Assembly (NCBI GenBank): GCA_964016885.1
Contig: OZ024741.1
Coordinates: 266,352,001 to 266,416,000 of the forward strand
DNA from: Eledone cirrhosa
Taxonomy: Eukaryota
DNA length: 64,000 nucleotides
Direction of reading: 5' to 3'
Part shown: in pieces, positions 53,180-64,000 of the stretch
How the letters are laid out: each line of letters starts with the position of its first letter
How positions within the stretch are numbered: the stretch's first letter is position 1
Notes under the pieces: model-generated
The model's database searches: none
Seen by the model: the letters and a program-made list of their open reading frames with translations, nothing else
Told to the model about the DNA's origin: nothing
Position numbers and translations under genes: made by a program

Positions 53180-53642
53180 TACAATATTAAATAAATGGAA
53201 ACTATATTTATAAAACCATATTTATTTCATTATATATATTTCGGGGATATCATATTAACAATATGCTATGCCTTCCTCAGACAAAATACAATATAAACAG
53301 TTTTATAGATAAATAGATTCGACATACCGTTATAACACCGACTTCCATTTGAAGAGGTTTAAGCTGGCAGTCTAAAACCTCTTCAAATGGAAGTCGGTGT
53401 TATAACGGTATGTCGAATCTATTTATCTATAAAACTGTTTATATTGTATTTTGTCTGAGGAAGGCATAGCATATTGTTAATATGATATCCCCGAAATATA
53501 TATAATGAAATAAATATGGTTTTATAAATATAGTTTCCATTTATTTAATATTGTAAATATACTCCAAATATTTGTCGAGTGCTTTTATATCAGTTATAAA
53601 TATTTACTAGTTGTAACCCAACAATTTTAAATATAACTTTCC
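53180..53642. mobile_element. Fold-back hammerhead element in (TA)n
   Basis: 181-bp arms 53180-53360 and 53375-53555 that appear perfect by eye, 14-nt loop, same tail as the 12.9 kb copy, partial extra tail copy at about 53785-53930. Confidence 0.82.
53447..53512 (+). ncRNA. Type I hammerhead ribozyme motif (mirrored on - strand in the left arm)
   Basis: TATTTTGT-CTGAGGA-AGGCATAGCATATT.GTT.AATATGATATCCCC-GAA-ATATATAT-A-ATGAAATA. Confidence 0.72.
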
Positions 53643-54301
53643 ATATATATATATATATATATATCCAGGAAAAACTTGAACCATTAAGTTCTTCTTTCCT
53701 GGTTATGTCAATATTGATAAAACAAACTTTGTATTTTATTTGATGAGAGCATATCAAAGTTTTGGTACCCTTGAAATATATATAGTAGAATAAATATGAT
53801 TATATAAATATAGTTTCCATTTATTTAATATCATTGAATATTATACTCCAGAAAACTTGTCGAGTGCTTTGAATCAGTTATAAACATTTATATTTGTTGA
53901 ATTACCAACAAATAGAATATCCCTTTTGCTTATATATATATATACATATTTGCAATACTCGTTCCAATCTCTTCTAACTTTATTCTAGCTCTTTCATGAT
54001 GGACTTTAGTCTGATACGTTGAGTCATTCTTTTTTTTCCCACACACGTGAAACTAATAAGACTTTGTGTAATTGTTCTCTTCCTAACACAACCTCATTTA
54101 CAGTGAGGGCTGGGTGCTTTTTTGCCGTGGCACCTCCACTTTGCAGTGGAATGATAGGGACCCTAGTACTATCATCTCATTTCTACAGCTGAGTAAACTG
54201 GAGCAATGTGAAATAAAGTGTCTTGCTCAAGGAAACAACACATCACCCGGTCTGAGAATTGAACTCACAACCTTTCGATTGCAAGCCCAATGCTCTAACC
54301 A

Positions 54302-54357
<56 letters not shown>

Positions 54358-54485
54358 ATTCCAGTTAGAGGATGGATATTTTTAACCTAGGGCAATGTTT
54401 GACTCAACAAGAAGTTTCCTTAGTTAGGTGGCAAGTTTACAAGAATTCCCATGCAGGTGATTCTTGGAGTAATAATAGTGAAAGA

Positions 54486-54529
<44 letters not shown>

Positions 54530-54530
<1 letters not shown>

Positions 54531-54865
54531 TAAGGCGGGTAAAATTCCCGAGATCCATGGACGAGTTCTCTCCAGCGGTCTCTGTCTCTCATTATCGCTG
54601 CCATGTCCTGCGTCTCCAACAGACCAGTGTCTGTCCTTAGGGCATCAACATACGTTAACCTTGGTCTTCCTCTTCTAGTGTGTCTATGTAGGGGCTCCCA
54701 AAGGAGCACTGAGTGCAATGTCAACTCTGGATGTCGGTGAACATGTCCAGCTAACCTCAGCCTCCTTTGTGTCACTTTTGAGCTGACTTTTGGGATGCTC
54801 CCATACAGCTCTGAGTTTTTCATCCTCAGTGTATACTGATTAATGTTCAGAGCCATCCTCAACAT
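54530..54865 (-). mobile_element. RTE-group LINE 3' end in (TA)n
   Basis: RRLRLAGHVHRH...LLWEP...RGRPRLTYVD...DRDRWR. Confidence 0.8.
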
Positions 54866-57004
54866 ATATATATATGAAAAGGGAGTAATGTTCTATACAA
54901 AACGGGGGTTATAGAGAAAAAGTGGAATTGGAAATAGCACAGAATATTTATTTAAGGATGTCTTTTTTTTTTCTTCTTTGATTTGTCAAAGTGACATTAT
55001 TGAAAAAAATGAGAGGAACAATTCTTTTAAAAAAAGGAGTTTTATAATGTATATAAAATATAACTGGTTTTGATGTATCAAATGTTGAATATTACAATTA
55101 AAAAGAATTTAAAATTTTCAATCTAAAATTAAGTGTTGAAAAGGTCTGTTGCGAAGACTGGGTCTAAAATGGAACCTTATATAGAGAGAGAGGTAGTCAT
55201 AGTAGTAGAAGTAATGTTGATAGTTGTGTTTTTTCACAGAACAAAATTATTTTTAGGAATTGTCTCAATTGTATTAAAGGATTGGTTAAGAGTTCAGATG
55301 AGGGTGGCGAAGAGGGGAGATATAGACTAGAGACAATTGCTATAGGGAAGAGAAGCAAATGGGATTCATCATCATCACCGTTTTACGTCCATGCTAGCAT
55401 GGGTTAGACGGGTTGTCCTGTTGTGGGCAGTGTCTGGTCGGCTGACCATGTCTTGCTCATACAGGAACTGATTTTGGCTTGCTTTCTACAGCTGGATGCC
55501 CTTCCTAACACCAACCTCATTTACAGTGAGTGCTGGGTGCTTTTTTCCATGGCGCCTACACGTCCACTTTACAGTGTGGGCTGGGTGCTTTTTTGCCATG
55601 GCACCTCCACGACCACCTTGCAGTGGGAGGGTGTGGGGGCATATTGTCTATATGCTTCAGCTTTTACCCATGGGAGGTCGAGTACTCTGTATTACTGCGT
55701 GACGCCAGAAGTCACGGTCGTGTGTCATCGCCTTTGAGAGGTGTAATTGGGTAAGGTCGGCTTTTATCACCTCATCCCATGTCTTCTTGGGTCTCCCCAC
55801 TATTGTCAAAAGAAATTCTATTTTAGGAATATGGTTTTAGAGAGTATGAGTTTGTATGTGTGAGTGTATCATCATCATCATCATTTCATTTTATGTCCAC
55901 TTTTTCGCTGCTTGAAAGAGTGGGGCGGGAACTGATTCTGGCTTGATTTCTACAGCTGGATGCCCTTCCTAACACCAACCTCATTTACTGTGAGTGGTGG
56001 GTGCCTTTTTGCCATGGCACCTCCACAACCACTTTGCAGTGGAATGATATGGACCCCAGTCCCTATCATCTCATTTCTACAGCTGAGTAAACTGGAGCAA
56101 TGTGAAATAAAGTGTCTTGCTCAAGGAAACAACACATCACCCGGTCTGAGAATTGAACCCGCAACCTTTCAATTGCAAGGCCAATGCTCTAACCACATAA
56201 ACATATATGTGTGTTATTGTAAGTGTGATGGGGTCAAAACTTAGAGAAATATTTTTGGGGGACACATGTATATACATATGTATATATTTGTTTGTTTTTA
56301 TGGTGTGCTGTGTGTGCTTTAGTTTGTTTGTCACAAGTCCTTTGCGTTTGTGGTGGGAAATTAAAAAAGAAGCAAATTATCAGGGAAGGCTTTCAATCAT
56401 GAATTTTTGGAAAATATGTATGAACAATTTCTTTTTTATTTCGTGGGTGTGTATGTGTGTGTAGGTGGGGGGGGGGGGTGCACATACTCACACACACACA
56501 TATATATATATATATATACATATATCATATATATATAAATACACACACATGCGTGTATGGGCGCAAATGTATTGATATGTCTGTGTATGTGTGTATGCTT
56601 AGTCAATAGGTCCTCATGAATAATCTAATGGGGATGATTACATATTTAATTTTGATTTAAATGTGTTAATGAATAGTTTATTTATTTATTTATTCTTTGT
56701 TGTGTGAAAAAATCTGAGCACTTATAAAGGGGGAAAAATTTAAAGTTGGGGAGGTTCGTTCCTGCACAATCTGCAATGTGGCTACTTAAAGGGATTTTTC
56801 TTGTTTACGACTCGGATTTGTTGGCGATATATATAGCGATTGTATGATGTATAAATGAAGTCATTTACAACCTGCTCTCTTGTACTTCATTATATATATA
56901 TATATATTATTGAGTAAAAAATGAATGTTTAAACTCGAGTTGTTTTGCGGAAGGAAATAATTGTCATCGTGAATACTTTCCGTTTTACACCGCCTACATC
57001 AGCC

Positions 57005-57019
57005 ATGGCTGTCCTACAG
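57005..57019 (+). CDS. DMAC2: DMAC2/ATP5SL coding exon 1
   Basis: gccATGGCTGTCCTACAG|gtgagt, strong Kozak and donor, MAVLQ, phase 0 joins next exon. Confidence 0.75.
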
Positions 57020-58445
57020 GTGAGTTAATTTTGAAGGAGATTATAAACAAATCAACCACAACTGTGTTTTCAGAAAATTATATTTACTACCTACACGTGT
57101 AATTAGAAACTCTGCTTAATTTCCGTCTCCTTCTGTAAAAGTTGGCTATCTCTTTACTTTATTTTTTTCTTTTTCGTTACCGTGTTGTATGTGTCTCTCC
57201 GAGGCTGAACCTAAGGTCATATATATTTCATATTTGGATGTTGTTGTATTTGTGTGTTGGTCACTGTTGTGTTACTGTGCTGTTCACCGGTGTCTTTGTG
57301 TGTTGCCCACAAGTTAACAACGAATTAGTGACAGTAAATCTCGAAATAAGTTATGGATGATGTTTTCTTCTTGTGTTGGTCACTGGTTAACGAGGAATTA
57401 CTGGCAATAAATGTCGAAATATACGAAAAAAATCTCGTCTGGTTCATCGGTTTCTTTGTGTGGCTACAAGCATGCTAGGGTTAGAGTTGGAGTTAACGTT
57501 TTTTTTAATAGAACAATATTGATTTAGTCAAGGTTCTCCAGTTGACCTTTGTGTGTGGCCATATCACGTTTAAAACACTTTATTTCAAGTTGATCCAGTT
57601 AACTCGGCTGTAGAAATGAGTTTACCCAGCTATGGGTTAAATAGTCTCACCGCCCGCAGTTGAACTAAGCGTGGTGAGTACGGCTATACCCCTGTCAATC
57701 AGGGAGGGGTTCCTGCGGTAGGAGTGAAAAGGCCCTGTATTGAATATATATATATATATATTTGCAGTACTCGTTCCAATCTCTTCTCTCTTATAACTTT
57801 ATTCTAGCTCTTTCGTCTGATACGTTGAGTCATTCTTTTTCCTTTCCCACACATGTGAAACTAATAAGACTGTGTAATTGTTCTCTGTGTTTGTGTTTTT
57901 TAATTATTAATCACACACACACGCGCATATATATATATATATATAGACCCTCCCAAAGTATAAACAATATATATATATACATACTTACATACATACATAC
58001 ATACATACATACAATAAAGAGAGATGGACACAGATATATACATATATGCGTTCAAATCACAAGGGACAAAAACTGCCAGGTTGAAGCGAATACTGACTAA
58101 AGATAATACGGTTTACAAGACTCAATTAAAAGGATGAATTTAGATTTACAAACCGATTATGATAACTATCAACATCCAGACAGCTTTGGGTAAAACTGTT
58201 TCGCAAATCAGTGGAGAGAGCTAAAGATCCCGTGCTCATCAGTGGGTGTTCGGATCAGTAATCGCTCCACTACTAATTTCCTTATATATATGCAAAAATA
58301 AACAGTACAATGAAGAAATATATTAGTTTAACACTTGATATAGTAGGAAAAGTCTTTATGTTTCGTATATATATCTATACACACACACACATGTATGCAT
58401 GTATATATACAAAGATCTATACACACACACACATATATTTTGTAG

Positions 58446-58606
58446 AAACGTTTTGCTGCCAGTTTGTTACAAATGTGTAAAGTGCCAACAAGGTCATCGA
58501 GTTATCTGAAGAATTTGCAGAGGATTTTACAGTCTGAATATACAGTTGAAGAACTGAAGAAGAAAATTAAAGCTCAAATGTTTAATATTGAAAGACAAGA
58601 CCAAAA
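58446..58606 (+). CDS. DMAC2: DMAC2 coding exon 2 (presequence-like start)
   Basis: ttgtag|AAA CGT...CAA AA|gtaagt, 161 bp open, KRFAASLLQMCKVPTRSSSYLKNLQRILQSEYTVEELKKKIKAQMFNIERQDQ. Confidence 0.82.
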
Positions 58607-59112
58607 GTAAGTGACCATTAGCTATGATATTTTCATCACCGTCATCACCATTGCCACTTCGACCACCATCATCCCTACCAAGACTACAGCAATCATTACC
58701 ACCCTCATTATAACCAACACCATCACTGCCACCACGATCATCACTCCTACAACCACCACTGCTATCATCAGTGTCGTCATCCTCACCATGACCCCGTAAC
58801 CACAGCAATCATCACCACCCTCATTATAACCCCCCTCCCCTCCCAATCACCACCACTACAATCATCACTCCTACCACCACCACTGCCATCATCATCACTC
58901 TGACCACCACCACTGCCATCATCATCATCCCCACCATGACCTCATAACCATAGCAATTATAACCACTACCACCACCTCACCATCACCACCACCATGATCA
59001 CTCCTACCACTGCCATCATCATCATCATCCCCATCATGACCTTATAAGCAATCATCAGCACCCTCATTATAACCACCATAATAATGATAAAATCTTTACT
59101 ATATTCATGCAG

Positions 59113-59330
59113 ATATCGTCCAGAGAGGCACAAAATATTGGGTCCAGATTTGGCTTCGGCCCATTTTCTATTGGCTCGTGGGGCGTCTGTCAAGTTTGTA
59201 GATGACAATATGTGGCACGTAGCAATCCAGAAGAAAATACTATTACCAAGACACCAAATAGAAGGACTCTACATTGAGGGCATTGATGCTGCCAACACAC
59301 GACTCATGTATGAAGGTTTTGAGAATTTAG
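59113..59330 (+). CDS. DMAC2: DMAC2 coding exon 3
   Basis: tgcag|A TAT...TTA G|gtaagt, 218 bp, YRPERHKILGPDLASAHFLLARGASVKF...IEGIDAANTRLMYEGFENL, ATP5S/ATP5SL family motifs. Confidence 0.92.
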
Positions 59331-59469
59331 GTAAGTCACTTCATTTATGGTCACAATTTACCAAGTTAACTGAAAACATTGTTTTATATACGCATATTAT
59401 TTATCATCATCATCATCATCGTTTAACATCCATCTTCCACGCTTGCATGGGTTTGAGACATACACATAT

Positions 59470-59835
59470 ATAATAGAGAAGAGAGGCGGTTTTAAATGTA
59501 CATCCTTTCGAAGACATCAAAGTGGTTGCATAATAACCCTTTGGTGTGTTCTCTTCAGACAAGTGGAAAGTTGTGGTGTTTTTATTTTTGATATGCCACT
59601 GGAGTTATTAGTGTTGTGGTGGCATTCCACTCCAGCAGTCATATTGTGGAATGCCACCACAACACTAATAACTCCAGTGGCATATCAAAAACAAAAACAC
59701 CACAACTTTCCACTTGTCTGAAGAGAACACATCAAAGAGTTATTATGCAACCACTTTGATGTCTTCGAAATATGTATAACGCATATAATAAACAGAGTGT
59801 GTACATTTAAGACCATCTTTCTTCTTTATAATATT
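59470..59835. mobile_element. Fold-back hammerhead element in DMAC2 intron 3
   Basis: 125-bp arms 59506-59630 and 59646-59770 plus outer imperfect arms. Confidence 0.75.
59715..59781 (+). ncRNA. Type I hammerhead ribozyme motif with long stem II
   Basis: TGT-CTGAAGA-GAACACATCAAAG...CTTTGATGTCTTC-GAA-ATATGTAT-A-ACG; stem I is short. Confidence 0.68.
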
Positions 59836-60290
59836 GGACTCCAGTTGATACCGTATCGATAACATTTTAAGAAATATAAATTGTAGAGTGATTTACGTCT
59901 GTTTACGACAAAAGTTGGTGGATTAGTTGATCAACCAACTTTCCTAAGTTGAATATATATAACATTTTAACATAAAAACAGTCTTGGCGCAAAATCAACT
60001 TTTTACATTCACATGACCTCTACCGACCAATCAAAATTGTTTTGACCACAAGCATTCTTGCAACACAAAAATAACGCTGGAGCCATTTGTTTAACATAAA
60101 AACAGGTAGAATTCCCAAAACTAATCAGATCAGAGCAAACAGCACGGACACTCTATCTCAAAATTATTTTTGAAAAGCATTTAGAAATGCGCAACCGGTA
60201 AAAACTTAAAACCACAACTGAATACTATTTATTCCTAATTAAACCATTTTCCAACTGTGAACAATTTGTCAGCATTTTCTATTCCGTTTA

Positions 60291-60482
<192 letters not shown>

Positions 60483-62144
60483 CACATGGCTTAGTGGTTA
60501 GAGCATTGGCCTTGTAATCGAAAGGTTGTGAGTTCAATTCTCAGGCCGGGTGATGTGTTGTGTCCTTGAGCAAGACACTTTATTTCACATTGCTCCAGTT
60601 TATTCAGCTGTAGAAATGAGATGATAGGGACTGGGGTCCATATCATTCCACTGCAAAGTGGTCACGGAGGTCCCACGGCAAAAAAAGCACTGTAAATGAG
60701 GTTGGTGTTAGGAAGGGCATCCAGCTGTAGAAATCAAGCCAGAATCAGTTCCCGTCCCACCCTTGCAAGCAGGGAAAAGTGGACATAAAATGATGATGAA
60801 TACTAACCCCTCCAATATTTGATGATGAATGATTGACTACTTCAATGAAAATATAAGAAGGCCGAATTCCAATGTCTTTAATGCTGCATAATTACGTAAT
60901 ATTTATTTCTGTGGCCAGCTTACATCATCAGATCATGACATAAGATAATCAGGGGTGTCCTCAGATGTTATGAACATTAACAGATTTAGTTAAGTAATCC
61001 TTACTGGGTTTCAGCAAAATATAAACAAAGTATTGATATGGAAGCGGCTCTATTAGCGATGCCATCACTATGACAGACAGCCTCCATATCTATCTATCTA
61101 TATATATATTGATTCCCTTCTTTAAGTATCACTTTAGAAGGAGAATCAGGGTGGAGAGAAAGGCAAATTTACTGAAAGGTGGGTGAATGAAGCGAAAATG
61201 GCCCGAGTGATTGGGCCTTCTCTGTTTATAAGCCTGTAGGTTGAGGAAGAGAGCAAAAGGAAGAAAGGAGCACTTGCACAACACGCTCCTGGAGTTGAGG
61301 GTTGTTCTATCGACGGGGTATTAAACAACCCATTTGTGGCGCCTCCCCCCTATTGGGGATTTCGCTTGTTGAAATTGTTTGTTTTTATATTTTTTACATG
61401 ACTGTATGTAAAATCCCCGGCATGTCTTTGTATTGTCCCCTTTTCTTGTTGCGCCCTTGTGGCTAATAAAGAAATCTATCTATCTCTCTCTCTATATATA
61501 TATATTACATTGGAAAAAAGACCAAAGACTTGATTATATTATATAATAGTATCTTTTTTTTTCGATGTAATATTTGCTCTATGAGTTTACTTAAACATTT
61601 AAAATAAGGATTTCATACAAGTAGAATTGTATGTAGCCTTCTGAGTAGTTTTCTGTAATAAATCTCATATTTTGAGCTGTAATAACTTCTTCACCTACTC
61701 TTATTTGTTTTCTTATTCGAAAACAATTTCTTGTAAACTATATATACATGGGCAGAGGCGGTGAGAGCAGAGCTCAGATCGCTGAAACTCACTGAGGAGA
61801 TGACGAAGGACCGTGACAAGTGGAGAGAGGCTGTGCTGAATAGGACCCGTTCAACCCTTGCAAGCAGGGAAAAGCGGACGTAAAATGATGATGATATGTG
61901 TGTGTGCAAATAAGATCATTGGTTGCCTTAAACCCTAAACAAATCTCTCAGAAAACACTGTAAACCAACTGCTTACCTGCACTCATAACTGCCACTTAAT
62001 AACCTGACATGTCTAATCTGGGTTTTACAATAGGTACCCCATAGCTCTGAATGGTGTAAGAGGGTTGGTGTAATGAGCGACATCTGGCTGTAAAACATTG
62101 CCTCAAAACAGCTCCAACCCATGCCAGGAGGGGTGAAATATAAC

Positions 62145-62797
62145 ACCAAATGTTGGTAGGATGAAGTGTAACTTGATCAAATGTTGGAGGGGGGAATGTG
62201 ATTAGATCAAATGTTGGCGGCCTGGAGTGTGACCAGAAGACCACATGTTGGAGGGCAGAATGTGACTAGATCAAATGTTGGAGGCCTGGAGTGTGACCAG
62301 ACCAAATGTTAGAGAAGTAGTGTGACCAGACCAAATATTGGAGGAGTTGAGTGTGACCAAATGTTGGAGGCCTGGAGTGTGACTAGACCAAATATTGGAG
62401 GAGTGGATTATGACCAGAGGACATGTTGGATGGGTGGAGTGTGACCTGACCAAATGTTGAAGGGGTGGAGTGTGACCTAACCAAGTATTGGAGGGGTAGA
62501 GTGTGAGTTGACCATATGTTGGAGGGGTGAAGTGAGACCAAATATTGGAGGGGTTAGAATGTGAACTGACCAAATATTGGAGGGGTAGAGTGTGAGTTGA
62601 CCAAATATAGGTGCGGTGGAGTTCACCTGACCAAATTTTGGAAGGGTGGAGTGTGACTTGACCAAATGTTGAAGGGGTGGAGTATGACTAGATGATCACA
62701 TGTTAGAGGGGTAGATTGTGACCTGACCAAATGTTGGAGAGTGTGGAGTGTGGCCTGACCAAATGTTGGAGAGTGTGGAGTATGACCTGACCAAATA
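62145..62797. repeat. Degenerate ~32-bp minisatellite in DMAC2 intron 3
   Basis: Recurrent accaaatgttggaggggtggagtgtgac. Confidence 0.82.
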
Positions 62798-62856
62798 CCA
62801 TTCCTTAATACACTGTAGAAGCAGTCATTGATAAATGAATCTTGTTGTCATTGCAG

Positions 62857-63019
62857 TGCATCTGTCAAAAATTCGTTATTTAAGTGTGAAGAACTGTGAA
62901 TTAATTGATGATTGGTGTCTTGATCGATTTCACATCTTTAGTGACACACTGGAATTTCTTGACCTCAGTGGCTGCTCCAATATCTCGGAAAGGGGCATTG
63001 CTTCACTCCATAAACTGGC
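62857..63019 (+). CDS. DMAC2: DMAC2 coding exon 4 (leucine-rich repeats); gene continues beyond the window
   Basis: tgcag|TG CAT...CTG GC|gtaagt, 163 bp, IDDWCLDRF...LDLSGCSNISERGIASLHKL. DDWCL and ISERG favour DMAC2 over ATP5S. Confidence 0.92.
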
Positions 63020-63809
63020 GTAAGTATTCCTGTTGTGTTCTTTATTTTACTTCTTCTGGCTCTACATGTTGATATCTTCTATGTATAAATTTGAGTAACT
63101 TCCATCCGTCTGTCACACAATGTGTGTGTTAAAGGAAGGAAGGGGATGGTAAAAAAAACAGCGGCTGGTGTTCCATTTGTTATGCTGTATGTGTGTGTTT
63201 GTGAATGTATGTCTGTGAGTGTGTATGGTTATAAATGTGGTTGGCATTAGGAAGGGCATTCAGCCATAGAATCCAAGCCAAAATCAGCCCTGCATGAGCG
63301 AAACACAGTCATCCAATCAGATCTCTCACAAAGGGACAGCGCGTCCTACCCATGCTAGCATGGAATATGGGCGTTAAACGTGAGGATGTGTCTGTGTATG
63401 CGCATTTATATTTATATACTTGTACATATAAATGTATAAATATTTATATACTTGTACATATATGTGTGTGCATGTATGTGCATATGCACATACACGCACA
63501 CGCACACACATATACACATACGCATCAGCATGTTGAAAAAATCCTAGTTATTGAAATTACAGAAGAGTGATGGGAAGGGCATCCAGCCATAGGAAGCTTG
63601 CCAAACAAAGGGTTGGGAGAATCCCCAGTTGTGTCAAAGATATGATGATCTCCCCTGTGCACGACCATACATTAGCAAGACAGATCTCTGGCTTGTCTGG
63701 GAGATCAGCAACCACTACTTCAGTTCTGACTTGGTCTATGTAGACCCGTCCAACCCTTGCTAGCAAGGAAAGCAGACGTTAAAACAACAACAACAACAAT
63801 GATGATGAT

Positions 63810-64000
63810 GGGAATAGAACCAGTGATGGATGTTGTGAAGAGAAATGGAATGAGATGGCTGGGTCATGTGTTGAAGAAAGATGAAAGTGACTGGGTGAGA
63901 GGAATAGCACCAGTGATGAATGTTGTTGAGAGAAATAGCATGAGATGGCTGGGTCATGTGTTGAAGAAAGATGACAGTGACTGGGTGAGAGGAATGATGG
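63810..64000 (+). repeat. Tandem ~90-bp copies of an RTE fragment (runs off the window)
   Basis: RN(G/S)MRWLGHVLKKD(E/D)SDWVR repeated. Confidence 0.65.

Noticed and set aside
58611-59085. Thr/Ile/His-rich ORFs
   Set aside because: Cryptic (ACC/ATC)n repeat within DMAC2 intron 2.

Overview
AT-rich, microsatellite-dense eukaryotic DNA. The SINE families, intron style and proteins point to an octopod cephalopod (inference). Three spliced genes were reconstructed by hand with consistent GT-AG sites and phases. (1) The last six coding exons of a vesicular monoamine transporter (VMAT/SLC18A, + strand, 2276-13625). (2) A six-exon CGRRF1 RING-finger CDS (- strand, 46639-31293, 446 aa) whose third coding intron is U12-type. 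(3) The first four exons of DMAC2/ATP5SL (+ strand, from 57005). The rest is tRNA-derived SINEs, RTE, CR1/L2, R4-like and Penelope-like retroelement fragments, a small non-coding LTR element with a perfect tRNA-Trp PBS, and several minisatellites, some derived from LINE ends. The main unexplained structure is a set of short non-coding elements inserted in (TA)n tracts that carry type I hammerhead-ribozyme motifs (about 15 motif copies, several sequence families). Several are 250-375 bp fold-back palindromes whose two arms match each other better than they match paralogs. This fits Penelope-mobilised non-autonomous ribozyme retroelements. Almost all ORFs in the supplied track are microsatellite artefacts. 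All calls are by eye; no searches or folding computations were run.
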